Counted from the stretch's first letter, positions 1 through 13,100 are shown. The stretch is 64,000 bases of DNA from Marsupella aquatica (GCA_973895155.1 OZ316895.1:24805538-24869537); one strand, 5' to 3'. The notes: generated by a model from the letters alone, not told the origin. Translations and numbers: made by a program.

Positions 1-444
1 TTGCGCCAAAGTTTTTGGGAGGGCAATGTGCAGGTATGGCGGTGGTTGCTTTGGGTTTTGAGAGGAAACACTTGACAAAACTTCTTCCTCTCAAAACTTG
101 TAACTTTTCTCAAGATTGGATGGCAAAGCTAGGATTAATTCTGAAAAGATTACAGCAATTTTGAATTCTTAATGCAGGAGGAAGTGATCCTACGGGTACC
201 TCCAGCTGTTATGTTGAGCTGAGATTCCTCTACCCAGGTAAGGTGTTCCCAACACAGCCTTCGCCTAGTGAATTTTCTTTCCTTAGTCGAAGGGGAAGGG
301 ATGATGAGAAGTGAAATTTGAGGGCTCCGCAAGATTGCACTACTTAGACTGATTTGAACGTTTGTCAATCATGTAAGACAATATTTCACACCCTGTACTA
401 TTAAGCTCTCTGTTCCCAGCATAGGAACAGAGCTGATTTTGGAT

Positions 445-3400
445 ATGGACCGTTTTAAGCAACACTCCACAGCCAGGTATGATGAACTTTCTATGAATGT
501 CATTTTGTTGGATTATGATTTGACCAGATGACCTTGAACACATTCTTAATACAAACGTTTGATTTGCAGAGTTCATCCTTCATCGTCCGGTTTGACTGGT
601 ATTGGCACCAGCCGTTGTCCTTGTACAAGGCCTTCAGGTTATAAGACGTCTTGATTACCTACTTTTAAAGAACAACAAATGTTCCAGCACCACTCTGTGA
701 CATTTATACTTTAGGGAGTTGCTGCTACGAGACTTGTGTAATGAAGACTTGTTTTTAAGTTTGATTCCTTTTTCATCTCAATGAAGGACAGGGAGGGGTG
801 GCTGTCATATGTGTCTGGATTTTATATATAGCCAATATGAAGTACGCTGGATAGGCTTTATTTCTGAATTGTTGTCTCTGTACAAAAACGTGAGGTATTT
901 CAGGCAGGTTATATTGAGACAGTTAATAAAACATACTAATGAACGCCTGTAAGAGTTTAGGGTTTAGGGTTTAGGGTATAAGTCGTAAGAGTGCCGTAAG
1001 AGTCTATCCTATAAATAAACCAAGGATAATATGTGACTGATTGATGAAGTTTGTTAGTGCCAATTCAAGAGGCTCTTGACTCTCCTCCTATGCATACCTT
1101 GAAATACAGGAGTATGAACGAGCTCATTGATACTTTGGGCTACCTGGACATGCATTTCACAGTTATTTCAGTATTCTATGCTAAGGTCATTTCATTCTTT
1201 ACAGATAGCCGTTGCTCTCAATTGCGAAGGAGTCAGGTAACATTTGCAAGTTATCTGTACCAAAGATCACAGCAGAGCAAGGGAGACAAGAAAATGCATG
1301 GTTGGACTGAGGTAGGCATGCGTCCTAGCCCTAGGACTCGAGAGACTTACCGGTCTGCTATCTATTTCTGAACAACTCATTGTAGAAATATCGTTATGAA
1401 TATAGTCCTTAAGAAATAAAAGTAAAATTCATCGTACCTCGTGGAATATCCTTGTATCAGTGAGGCTTTCCAGATCTGATTGTGGGTTGTGGTGCCGACA
1501 GAAGAAGCTCAAAGCACTTGAGTTCAATCATAAGATGACAAGGAAAGCACTTTGGGTGGGTGAATGGTCAACTCCAGCTTGGGTTAAGTCACGGGAAAGT
1601 CTCATCACTCAATGCAGAGCACAATCTCGTGTTAGTTATGGCAGTAGGCGCATAAAGGATGCTGGTACCACGAGTGAAACAATTGCTGTTTTGAAGGATC
1701 GTCTACAACGAGGCATTACTATAGATTCGCACACGTATGTTAAAGTTCTGCAAATGTGCTTGCAACAGAAAGACCTTTCAGCGGCCAAGCAGGTCCATGA
1801 TTGCATCACCGAGAGTGGAATTGATAAGAATCCATATGTGGCAATCACGCTCTTAAATGTGTACATCAAATGCGGAGGATTGTTGGATGCACGTCGAGTT
1901 TTTGATCAACTTGAGAAGAAGAGTGCTATTACTTGGACCAACATGATTGCAGGATATGCTAAGAGTGATCATTGTGAATCTGCTCTAGAGCTCTTCAATC
2001 AAATGCGCCAAGAATGTGTGCAGCCGAATGAGATTACATACCTGAGCATCCTGAAGGCATGTGCCAACCCATTAGCTCTAAAATGGGGAAAGGAAGTTCA
2101 TGTGTATATTCGACATGCTGGCTTTGAATCAGATGTGCGTGTAGGGACTTCCCTCCTACAGATGTATGCAAAATGTGGGTGCATCACAGAGGCAAGGCAA
2201 GTTTTTGACAGAATGAAGAAACGTGATGTAGTCGCATGGACTGCAATGCTTAGAGCATATGCAGAACGTGGTCACCGTGTGGAAGCATATCGACTGTTCC
2301 TCCAAATGAGACGGGAAGGCTTCGAACCAGATGCATTCACTTTTGTGAGTATTCTTAATGCATCTGCAAGTGCGGGGGCTTTGGAGTGGGTGAAGGAGGT
2401 TCATGGCCATGCTAGGAAAGCAGGACTGGAGTCACATTTGCGTGTGGGCAATGCACTAGTTCACATATATGCAAAGAATGGTAGTATAGATGATGCACGA
2501 CTTGTTTTTGGCAGAATGGAGAAACGTGATGTAGTCACATGGAATACACTGATCAGTGGGCTTGCACAACATGGACGTAGACATGAAGCATATCAACTCT
2601 TTCTGCAAATGCGACGGGAAGGCTTTGAACCAGATGCATTCACTTTTGCCAGTATTCTTAATGCCTCTGCAAGTGCTGGGGCTTTGGAGTGGGTGAAGGA
2701 GGTTCATGGCCATGCTAGGAAAGCAGGACTGGAATCACATTTGCGTGTGGGCACTGCACTGGTTGACATGTATGCAAAAAGTGGCAGTATCAATGATGCC
2801 CGACTTGTTTTTGGCAGAATGGAGAAACGTGATGTAGTCACATGGAATACACTGATCAGTGGGCTTGCACAACATGGATGTAGGCATGAAGCATATCGAC
2901 TATTTCTCCAGATGCGACGGGAAGGCTTTGAACCCGATGCATTTACTTTTGCAAGTATTCTCAATGCATCTGCAAGTGCGGGGGCTTCGGAGTGGGTGAA
3001 GGAGGTTCATGGCTATGCTAGCAAAGCGGGACTGGAGTCGAATTATCGTGTGGGCACTGCACTGGTTCACATGTATGCAAAAAGTGGAAGTATCGATGAT
3101 GCCCGACGGGTTTTTGACAGAATGGAGAAACACGATGTAGTCACATGGAATGCAATGATAGGTGGACTTGCACAACATGGGCGTGGGAATGAAGCCCTGG
3201 AACTCTTCAGGAAAATGAACGCAATAGGTGTGAAGCCCGACGAGATTTCATTCGCGGCACTGTTGTCAGCCTGCTGTCATGGAGGACTTGTGGATAACGG
3301 CCGTAGACTCTTTTTAGCTATGAGGCGAGATTATGGCATCGAGCCTGACAGTGTGCATCATACCTGCATGGTGGATCTTCTTGGGCGGGCTGGACACTTA

Positions 3401-4060
3401 GAGGAAGCAATGCTCTTCATCAGGGACATGCCAATTGAACCAGATGTAGTAACTTGGAGAGCCTTGCTGGGGGCTTGTAGAGCTCATGGTAATATGGAGT
3501 TAGGCGAACTTGCCGCTAAAGAGATTTTCAAGTTGGACCCCAATGATGCTGCCGGATATGTTCTCCTCTCTAACATCTATGCTGTAGCTGGAAAGTGGGA
3601 GAAGAAGTCATTGGTGCGAACCATGATGCAAGACAGAGGTGTTCGGAAGGAGCCAGGGCGTAGCTGGATTGAAGTTAATAACAAGGTCCATGAATTTGTT
3701 GTAGGGGATACATCTCACCCAGAAGCGAAGGCCATATATAGTGAGCTGAACAACTTGACTGAAAGACTGAAGGCTGAAGGCTACATTCCTGATACCCAGC
3801 TTGTGTTGCAGAATATCGATGAGGAGGATAAAGAACTAGCTCTTTGCTCTCATAGTGAGAAGTTGGCTATTGTTTACGGACTAATGCGCACACCTCCTGG
3901 AAAACCAATTCGTGTATATAAGAACCTTCGGGTGTGTTCAGATTGCCATACCGCAACCAAGTTTATCTCTAAGGTGACGGGACGAGAGATTGTAGCCAGG
4001 GATGCCAATCGCTTTCACCATTTTAAAGATGGCATATGTTCTTGTGGCGATTACTGGTGA
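445..4060 (+). CDS. PLS-class PPR-E1-E2-DYW RNA-editing factor, copy A (17 PLS motifs); predicted exons 445-476, 570-637, 1205-1311, 1502-4060 (~921 aa)
   Basis: ORF 1460-4060 has 35/35/31-aa P-L-S repeats, P2-L2-S2, E1/E2, PG box PGRSWIEV, HSEKLA, CSDCH and terminal DYW. Upstream exons are inferred from GT-AG sites conserved in four paralogues with compatible phases; an internal ATG lies at 1535. Confidence 0.93.
949..992 (+). repeat. (TTTAGGG)3 insertion in intron 2 of copy A
   Basis: Telomeric heptamers flanked by duplicated GTAAGAGT (949-956, 985-992); absent at the homologous site in copies B, C and D. Confidence 0.75.
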
Positions 4061-4213
4061 CCAGACTGAAAGTAGTGTTCCGGTGGCTGGAAAGTGACTC
4101 GGACTGGCAGCCCAGATACAATCAGGTTTTCGTTGGGGTTGATCAAGGGAGGCATACGTTTGTAAGGAATAATGAGGTCATCTAGGATGTTGGCCAAGGT
4201 GGGTTTCTGACAG

Positions 4214-4350
4214 TTAGTCTGTACATTTCGCTAGTAGATAGATGTTCATGCATTCCAATGCAACTGTGGGTCTGTACATTTCGCTAGTAGATAGATGTTC
4301 CTGCATTCCAATGCAACTATTAGTCTGTACATTTCGCTAGTAGATAGATA
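4214..4350. repeat. ~53-bp tandem repeat, ~2.5 copies
   Basis: TCTGTACATTTCGCTAGTAGATAGAT occurs three times at ~53-bp spacing. Confidence 0.85.
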
Positions 4351-4399
4351 GCTATTTTATCGCATTTACTTCTCCCAGTCTCAACCTCAGATTATACGT

Positions 4400-6745
4400 C
4401 CCCCACCAGGTCATTTCTTTGATCGGCCATCATCTTTACTCCACCCATACCTCCCAGACAAACTCATCTTATGGAATACTTACATCCCCATCCTTGCCCT
4501 AAACCCTAACCTTCTGTGGCACTCAACCAAAATGATTTTGTCATATGTTAAGTCAAAATGCATCGTAAACTAAATTCCCAATTAGGGTGTCCAATCTCTT
4601 TGTTAATACACAGGGTTAATTAACACCCCATTAAGACTCCTAACATCATTAAGGCTCAGTCCCAGCTTTCTTGGAGCCCTTTACCCTGACCGCACCAAAC
4701 TCTCGTGGCAAGACCTTGACTGGCAAGAGCTTATGATTTGCGACCAGTCCTGCCAACCAAGTAGGACATTGTCCTAGCATGTGACGCTCTTGGCGGCATC
4801 CCATATATAGTTGAGTTGGTTGTCTATCACCTTGTTTGCGTGTATTCGGACATTCTCTAGCAAAATGGTCAGGTTGACCACAATTATAGCATGCCGCAAA
4901 TCTTTGCACATTCGGCCTAGAAAGTCCTGATGGATTCTGAATAATCTGAGGATACATTTTTCTCGGATTGTTTCTTAATCTTGACTAGAGAGATGCAGGT
5001 CGGTTGGATAGGTTTCGTGTTCCAGTCTCACTGATGCCAAAAACACTATCAGCGGCATCCCCTAGAAAGTACTCTACTTCTCTCTAACACGGTCTGACCT
5101 CAACTATATGCCGAACATGACTAGTAGTGAATTTAGGACATGTATTTTTATGGTGTCCAGTTTAGGGTTTAGGGTTTTAAACCCTAAATAAAACCCTAAA
5201 CCCTAAATAAAACCCTAAACCCTAAACCCTAAGGCACACCATACAAAGCTATCTTCCGGTACTACTTTCTTCTTTGGTTTTATCTATGCTATTATAGCCT
5301 TAAGCTGCTTGGTAAGAGCTACAATGTTATCTGGCGTTTTAGCCTCTAGCTTGACTTTCAACTTCCCCCTCCTTTCGCCCTTTTTTTCCTAGATTTTTCT
5401 TCTTCAAAACTAAAAGATGACTCACTCTTGCTACTTCCACTATCCGAGCTTGAGTTATCACTTCTTGACTTCTTAGAATGTTTTTTTTTCTTATCTTTTT
5501 TCTTATGTGGTGATCCTTCCTCCGATGAGGAACTCTCAAACTTGAGTTGTTTCTTCCGGCTTGTGATATCTGCATTAATGTACAATTGAATATCCTTGAT
5601 TGCCTCGGCTAAAGTCTCTTGGTTGTCCTTCCTAATTGCAAAACTCATCTTCTGCAGTAAAGCATTCACCAACCATTGAAGTTGCATACCTTCAGATGCA
5701 TTGGTCTTTGTACGTCTTACTAGCTTTTGGAAGCGTTGCAAGAACTTCCTGAAGGATTTGTTCTCCTTGAACCGAAGTTGTCCCAACTTCAGCACTACTA
5801 GCTCTGAGGTTCCAATGGGTCGAAACTCCTTGGCAAATAGTGATTTGAAGGTATGCCAGATGGCTTGATCTTCCACATCCAGTGCTCTGTACCAAGCCCT
5901 CGCCTCACCCTTGAATAGGCCGGGAAGAATCTGCATCTTGATGGCTAATTCTCCATTTGCTATAGCGGTTCCCTCGAAGTCATCCAACCATTCGTCTGGA
6001 TCCTCATCTCCTCTCCCATGAAATGCCTTGTAATGAATGCGCGACCTTTGGCTCAGTGTGGTTCCTAGCCTCTCTTCTGGCCGTGCCTCTGGTTCCCCCA
6101 TGTCGGTTGGGGACTCACTTCTCCTTACGGACTCCTCTTCTGGTATTTCTTCTTCAATGCCACTTTCAATTTTGGAGCTACTAGCTCTTTCTGCCCCTCT
6201 CAGTCGATGTGTGTCATGCCATCCGGCGAGGTGCTGCAGACGAGCTCTCTCCCGTTGAATCGCTCTTTCCTCCCTCGGTGTAGGTTCAGTCATTACCTAC
6301 GCTGCTTCCTGACTTCATATCTCACGGCTTAAGAAATGCCCCCTCCATCTAGCGCCAAAAATGTGGTGCGCCCCATGGCTCCCTGAACCCAAGAAACCCG
6401 CCTACACAAGCCGATTCTCGCAGATTTCGCTCTTGGCGAGGCCGGTTTTGCGGCTTAGCGGCATGGGACACTGCTAACTTCCTTCTACTAACATTTTACA
6501 CACATATACTGGACAGATCCTTCATTGGGTCATGAGATACGTAGTCGACCTCTTCTATGCCTTCCCTTGTCCTCCTCTCCTGGTCTTCCTTTAGGTATGT
6601 TTGGATTCCGCACCAGAATGATCCCCAACTGGCTTGGGTAAGCCGCTAAGACCTCTCTCAGCTCGACACATCCAACTCTTACTACCTTGCTTACTCCCTT
6701 CTTGGTTGATGTGGGCAATCTTCAAACAAGTTAATGCGACACTAA
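4400..6745 (-). mobile_element. Ty3/Gypsy LTR retrotransposon 5' fragment (partial LTR, PBS-like site, gag)
   Basis: ORF 5358-6293 is retrotransposon-gag-like (FHGRGDEDPDEWL...GEARAWY); CCHC knuckle CYNCGQPDHFAREC in ORF 4649-4957. LTR end ...CGCACCACA at 6362 is followed by TTTTTGGCGCTAG on the minus strand. 6362-6745 matches the LTR end at ~46470-46857. Confidence 0.85.
5161..5232. repeat. Head-to-head TTTAGGG/CCCTAAA interstitial telomeric repeat
   Basis: TTTAGGGTTTAGGGTTTT then AAACCCTAAA-type units; interrupts a gag zinc-knuckle codon series. Confidence 0.85.
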
Positions 6746-6967
6746 CTCAAATAACAAAATGAAGCTACACACCCAAAGACATTCAAATTTTATCATGAGA
6801 ACAATCACCATACCACACAGCTTCATATTCAGCTATGGAGACTTGCTTCCTTGAATTACCACGCCTACCTCCGTACCAGCGTCTTGAAGAGCCTTCATGC
6901 TCCATCTTGCTAATTGTTATGCAATATCAATAGCTACTCCTTGCATACAACAGCCTAGTTAATCAGA

Positions 6968-8845
6968 TTATATAATAAGGACCATGTCATCGGCATCACA
7001 GTCTCCTGCACAGGCCTCCTCTTGAATTGGCTCTTCTGCACTACTTTCCACCATTGCTTCGCGGGCCCTACTAAATTGTTGCTGGAAGGCGTTGGTCGAG
7101 GCTCCATTTTTCGTGGGAACACTTAGCTCCGATGCCTCGGCCGACAACTGTAGTTCTTTGGGTCCTCCCGGTATACCATCATCAGCCGCATTTGACCTCA
7201 ATGGTAGGAAATCCGCTTCTAGTTCACGATCTCTGTCTGTCCTGTGTGAGTCCACGCGTGGGTCCTCGGAAATGTCACGAAACACAAGAGTTTCATTCAG
7301 CTCCACGGTGCATTCCGGTTGCACAGTTGTGACTTGTGCGTATTCTGCAGAACATTGCAGAGTTGCTTCCGGCGCCTTATTAAATTGGGCCTCGGTGGAG
7401 GCTCCTACCGTCTAGTGTGCATCCGTCCTGTGTGAGGCCACGCGCGGGTCCTTGGAACTGTCATGAAACACATCAGTTCCATTCAGCTCCAGGGTGCATT
7501 TCGGTTGCACAACTGTGTCTTATGCATTTTTTGCAGAACATTGCAGAGTTTCTTCCGGCTTCTTATTAAATTGGGCCTCGGCGGAGGCTCTGGCCGTCCA
7601 GTGTGCAACTCTGGTCGAATGAAGACCCACGCGCGGGCCCTCAGCACTGACATGGAACACGGCAGTTTCATTCAGCACCAACTTGCATTCCGCAAGCACA
7701 TGTCCGACCTTTGCGAGGTTGCATTGCGAATCCACAATCTTTCTTTGTTGCTGCTCCAATTTGAAAGCAAACACTCCACTGCAATCTTGAATTTGTTTTA
7801 TTTGATTGTAGACAACTTGCATGCAGTCTGGTATCCTGCTGCCCATTGACGGCAAACTGGTCGCCTGATCGTAGTGAATGGTTTGCGTGGTATGCCCAGA
7901 TCTTTACCCACACAAACGTCCATCTGAATGCTCCTTGTCATTGGACGACCCGGTCTCCACATGCTTGCACACATCTCCCTCCGTGACGCTCTGGCCCCGC
8001 ATCTCTGCTTCACTAGCACTCTGCCTACTGCGCGTCTCACTTTCGTCTGCACTCCTGGGTTTTTGAAGTAGATCCCTCATGGAATACCCACTATGAAGGA
8101 GCAATTGCGTTACAGCCGTGCCATAGTAATAGGGATAACGTTTCATTCTCGGAAGCTTATCATCTGACAAATGCTTCCTCAACGCCACTATCTCACCCTT
8201 CAAGCAATCCCACAAAAAATGAGCGGAGTCTGGCTTCAAAGTTGGACATTCAACATCTTGGGCCCGAACGAGGGCCCGAACCTCTTCCGGGATTGTACTC
8301 CACCAGGAAGCCCAGTACACCCACATGTCCTTCTCTGTTACCTGGGTGGGCTTTGTTTTCCCAAGAAGTAGCTTGTTTACAACCTTCACAGGCTCTTGCC
8401 AACGCCTGAACACATCCGATAGGGTATCCAAAATCCAAGGGTTTGTGTGGTTCTGAGGCACAATAAACATGGCATCCAGTTGCTCGGACGCCCATGAATT
8501 TTGAAAATGTCCAAATTGCCCATTGAGCTTATGGAATGCAGCTCGCACTATTTCTTTGTCAAATTTCAGCAATGCACCCCGGAACATGCAGTTGTCGGTG
8601 TCTGGGTCAAATGCTTGGACAAATTTGGTAACTCCAACAATCGCCACCCGCGGCCATTCCAACTGAAATGCCTCGACCAGATTTCCTGCCACCAACAAAT
8701 CGTGCGTTCCAGGCTCACATTGCAGGCTGGAACGTATTTTCCTTGGAGTCATCGATTTCCATATGGTGCGGGTGACCCCTGCAAAAAGATTGTCAGTTCC
8801 TTCAAAGATAGCTCCAATCCAGTGTACATAACTCATAAAGTACAA
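6968..8845 (-). mobile_element. Degenerate TE-associated accessory ORF region with ~190-bp internal tandem repeats
   Basis: 313-aa ORF 7904-8845 followed by broken acidic/coiled-coil ORFs; repeat units at ~7240-7430, ~7430-7620 and a partial unit at ~7625-7700. Family assignment is inference only. Confidence 0.45.
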
Positions 8846-9599
8846 ACACAGGCGGCTTACTCACCGTCACTGATATCCTCATCCTCTTGCGCGAGCTTGA
8901 CATTTGATCCTGGCATCAAGGTAGTCATCCCTCCACGATGATGGTCGACTCCTTGCATGACAATGTTGATGGTCCCTTGACACGCCCCTCCTCAATCCAC
9001 AACGTTCATCATCTGCACAGGGTGTTGAATCGATCCCCTCACGGCACCCCAACCCTAAAGTACCCCAAACATCCAAGCCGAAATACCCCCGGTATCGACT
9101 CCTGGCTGTGGCAAATCTCAACACCAAAATACCCCAATCATCAAAGGACTTGAGGAGAGAAAAATATGTCGAGAGGACAGTAAAATTTTTGAGGGTGAGA
9201 AAAAAATGTCGTGGTGAGATAAAGATATCAAGGTAAGAAAAAGATGGCGAGAAGAGAAAAAGATGTGGAGGGTGGAGGCACAGATGGTGAGCCAAGGTGT
9301 ATTGGGCATGCAATTAGAAGGGTGGGGAGGAGGGGATTTACGGGTTTTGTGGTGGATCACACTGTTTGGAAAAAGGCAGTTGGATTTTGACAAATGGTCA
9401 TCAATCATTCTTGCTCTTTTATTGTGAAGAGTGTTGTCATTGCGCATATCTTGTTCAAATTGCACATAACTTTATGTAATCAAATGATGCAATACAAGTT
9501 AACACAAAGTACGGAACAAAAGACTCAGATGGGTATTTAGAGTAGGGGCAAGAGTTGGGCAAGAGCTGTTCAGTGTCAAAGTTACGAAAGATGGAACAA

Positions 9600-12500
9600 A
9601 TGTGGGGGAAAGAAAGAATGTACAAGGGCACAACATTCCCATGAGGATACCTACAGAGAATTTTCCTGGCTATGGCAATCCACCTTTGAATTTCAGTAAC
9701 TGGAATTCATTCCAGGGTGCAACACCATATGTACCTGATACCCCATCAGCAAATCCACAGGCTTCCTATGGATTTAGATCTATGCTTGCAGAAATTGACC
9801 GTGACCTAGCACAAAATCCGTAGTCCCTTTGGCTGAACCTACAGCACAATTTGTAATTGCCTCTTGAGATTGAGGATGTGCAATTGAGAATGAGTTCCCA
9901 TTTTATTTGCGTACTCAATTATTAGACGTTGATGTCCATATGAATTTTACTATCCAATTGCAATTGTCTAATTTGAGTTTGTACATCATTGTAATTGCAT
10001 CTTTTTTTACTCAGTCATGAATTCAGTTGGTATAAATTTTTACAAAATTCCAGTTGTGATCATGAGCAATGGCAAGGGAAAGATGCACCATTGTATCACC
10101 CGCGCTAGTACTGACAAGTCGCTTTGGTAATACCCCCAGTACTGTGTATGTTTTTGAGGGCATTTAATGAGTATAGGCAGGTCACATCAGCCGAGACAAG
10201 TTCGCGTGTGTACATTCAGAGCACCTTCAGAAGGCATGAGTCTGGCATTGGAATTGCCTCGGTCCTTTTTGTGCATTCATTGGCACAACTTTCAACCTGC
10301 CTACCATGAAGTTTATCGTTTATGGGTTGTGGCAGATTGACCCTAGAAATGCCTCGGGAGCTAAGTCCTCTCTCTCATTCTTCCAACGCGTCTTTCTTTG
10401 TTGCGCAGTCATCAGGCTATCTTTTCCATCGAGCTTTGTTGTGCACAATTTTGCATTTGCGGGGCTGGGCAATCAGAAGCAACTTTTCAATTGGCACAAT
10501 GCCTTCGAAGCAAGTGACAATGGCTGAAAAGGTCCTCACCATGGCTCCAACTGGACAGGCAACCCATGAGCAGTAGCAAGAGGACCCCTCCTCAGCTGAT
10601 GCGTACATCATGCCGATTCTGGCTGATGCTCCAGAGGAGCCTTTTCCTGATGAGGACCCGGTTGTAATTGATAATGAGCGAAGGAGTGGATAGGATCATG
10701 CGAATGATCCAACACCCAGAAGAGGAAGAGGCTGCAGCAGCACGGAAGACGAGGAGGGAAGCTCGACTGAAGAAACTTGAGAAGCGCCAGGAGAGGCGAG
10801 CAAAAAAGGCCAGGAAAAAGGAGATTGAGCATGACTCCGAGGGCAGTGATGGGGATGGTAGTTTAATTGATGGAGTTCGCTGGCAGTATCCCTCACCTTA
10901 AGAGCTTCGAAGGGCAATCTCCACTACAACGATTCTTATTTAGGCTTTGAATTAGCAATGCAGCTTCAAAGGGCAAGAGAAAGTTGTAGTTGCACATCAA
11001 CTTCGCCATTGAGGCTCCAATTTAGATTTAGATAGTGCCATGGTATAGACATAGGCAGTCACAATAGGTGACTTAAACATTTTGCACTTCAACGATGGGG
11101 TTTTCTACCTACGTGATGAATTCTGCATTTGCGAGAGCATTTTCACAAACTCTGCTCCACTTTTGTACATTTTGAGACAGATGAATGACAACACACACTT
11201 TTTTTGTATGTAATGAGTAGCTTTTGTCTTCACGTTTTGGCCAAAGTGCCCCTCTCAAAATTGGATGCAAATAGATTTTCCGGTTGCATTTGCAAAACAG
11301 ATTTGATGCCATCAAATCACATTTTATTACAGACAAAGCATACTGTGAAAATGAAAAAACTAGGTATCACAAGTCTTGATTTCCCACATAGTCGAAACGG
11401 TGACCCTGTCCTTTTAGGGACCAAAGGTGTGCTACCAGGTCATTTCTCAACAAAAAATGAGTTTCAGAATCTTCAATGGCTCGTGTAGCAGCTAAGTACT
11501 CTGCCCAATCCTGCCTACCAAGGTCTTTTCCAGCTTGAGCTCTAGCTCTGTTTGAGAAGTCCCAATCGGCAGGCTATCTATCACCTCTCTCATCCTCCAC
11601 AATCATGTTATGTAAAATGACACAAGCCAGAAGGATGTCCTTGATTTCATGTTGATAGTGCATTCGAACTGGGTTCTTCACAATTGCAAATCGTTGATGC
11701 AAAACACCAAAAGCCCTCTCGACATCCTTCCGGGCCCCCTCTTGGCACTTAGCAAACCACTTTCTGGCATTTCCTTGTGGCAATTGAATAGTTTTAATGA
11801 AGATGGACCAGTCTGGATAAATGCCATCACAGAGCAAATAATACCGACCATAGTGGCGATCATTCACAGTAAAACCAACCTCATTAGCTTCACTTCTCAA
11901 GAAATTGTTGACCAGAGGGGGACGATCCAGCACATTCAAGTCGTTATTTCCACCAGGCAAGCCAAAGTAGGCGTGCCAAATCCAGAGGGATTGATCTGCT
12001 ATGGCCTCCTGAACAATGGATTTCTCTCCGTCCTTGTTGGTGAAGAGCCCTTGCCAAGCCACGGGACAATTCTTCCACTCGTAGTGCATACAATCCAGAG
12101 ATGCAAACATGCCAGGGAAACCACGTTGTTCATTGATTTGTAATTGATTGATGATGTCCTCCTTGGTGGGCTGTCTGAGGTACTCCTCCTCATAGTGCTC
12201 TCTGCCAGCAAAACAAAATTGCTTCAAGCATTTCATGGCAGTGCTATCTCCAATCCGCACATATTCATCAAGGGCATCAGCAGAGACACCTAATGATAGC
12301 ATCCTTAAGGCAGCAGCCAATTTTTGGATTGAAGATAATCCAAGAATTCCCGCAAGATCTCGTTTTTGGATGAAATACGGATCGACCTTGCACACAACAT
12401 CATGAATTCTCCAAAAGAGTGGTCTTCTCATTCTATACCTTCTTCTGAAATGTCTGTCAGTGTAGACTGGAGAGTCAGCGAAATAATCCTTCCAAATTCG

Positions 12501-13100
12501 CTCATGGCCTTGTGCTCTGTCTTGATCAATGTTCCTTCCCTTTCCTGGCCTTGATCCACCTCGCTTCCTGGGGCCCTGTTCGTAGTCGTTAATGACGGAC
12601 CCTGCCACCACAACAGTCTCCCACCATGTTTGCTCCTCATCGTCCCATTCTTGATAAGCTTGCTCGATCTGCCTCTTCAATTTTGCTCTCCATTTGATGA
12701 AGTCGCTCAGATGCCATGCTTCCAAGCTTCCAAGTCTGTTCAATTTGCTTTCGAATCACTCAAAACAATATTTTGCAATGCATCGACGCTCACCTCAATT
12801 CTTTCATTGCGCCTTGCAAATGTAGCGCCCATTCGCTTGACAATCCATGGTGTTCGATTTGAATTGCAGAGCTTCAAATGCTCCTAGACACCTTCGCGCG
12901 TCCGAAGCAATTCTAGCCAGCAGATGGTGGGACTGTAGTTGTCTGGACCGGACCATAGTCGCTCCGTTTGCCGCGGTAGAATAACGGGACCGGTGGGGTA
13001 CCTTACTGGCGGGTACACACCAATTGGGCCCCGCACGCCACTAAAGTCGCCAAAAAGCCCTTATACCGTGTCCAGGACACCGAGTCCGGTGGGGATGCTC
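9600..13100 (-). mobile_element. PIF/Harbinger element; right TIR at ~13090-13100, left end not found
   Basis: TGGGGATGCTC followed by TTA (Tourist/Harbinger-like terminus and TSD); broken convergent + strand ORFs at 9.6-10.9 kb may be the second (Myb-like) gene. Left boundary is approximate. Confidence 0.55.
11574..12743 (-). CDS. PIF/Harbinger (Plant_tran-type) DDE transposase
   Basis: FRRRYRMRRPLF HTH region, GFPGMFASLDCMHYEWKNCP, LCDGIYPDW and RKDVERAFGVL (D-D-E triad present). Confidence 0.9.
   Translation of the reverse strand: MNRLGSLEAWHLSDFIKWRAKLKRQIEQAYQEWDDEEQTWWETVVVAGSVINDYEQGPRKRGGSRPGKGRNIDQDRAQGHERIWKDYFADSPVYTDRHFRRRYRMRRPLFWRIHDVVCKVDPYFIQKRDLAGILGLSSIQKLAAALRMLSLGVSADALDEYVRIGDSTAMKCLKQFCFAGREHYEEEYLRQPTKEDIINQLQINEQRGFPGMFASLDCMHYEWKNCPVAWQGLFTNKDGEKSIVQEAIADQSLWIWHAYFGLPGGNNDLNVLDRPPLVNNFLRSEANEVGFTVNDRHYGRYYLLCDGIYPDWSIFIKTIQLPQGNARKWFAKCQEGARKDVERAFGVLHQRFAIVKNPVRMHYQHEIKDILLACVILHNMIVEDERGDR

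Noticed and set aside
1051-1371. Conserved small ORF upstream of each PPR gene (also 34479-34694 and 62914-63129) as a separate gene or uORF
   Set aside because: Its conserved core coincides with predicted coding exon 3; the rest is intron read-through.
4214-4350. CRISPR-like repeat-spacer array
   Set aside because: The intervening sequences are also repeated, there are only ~2.5 units, the context is eukaryotic and there are no cas genes.
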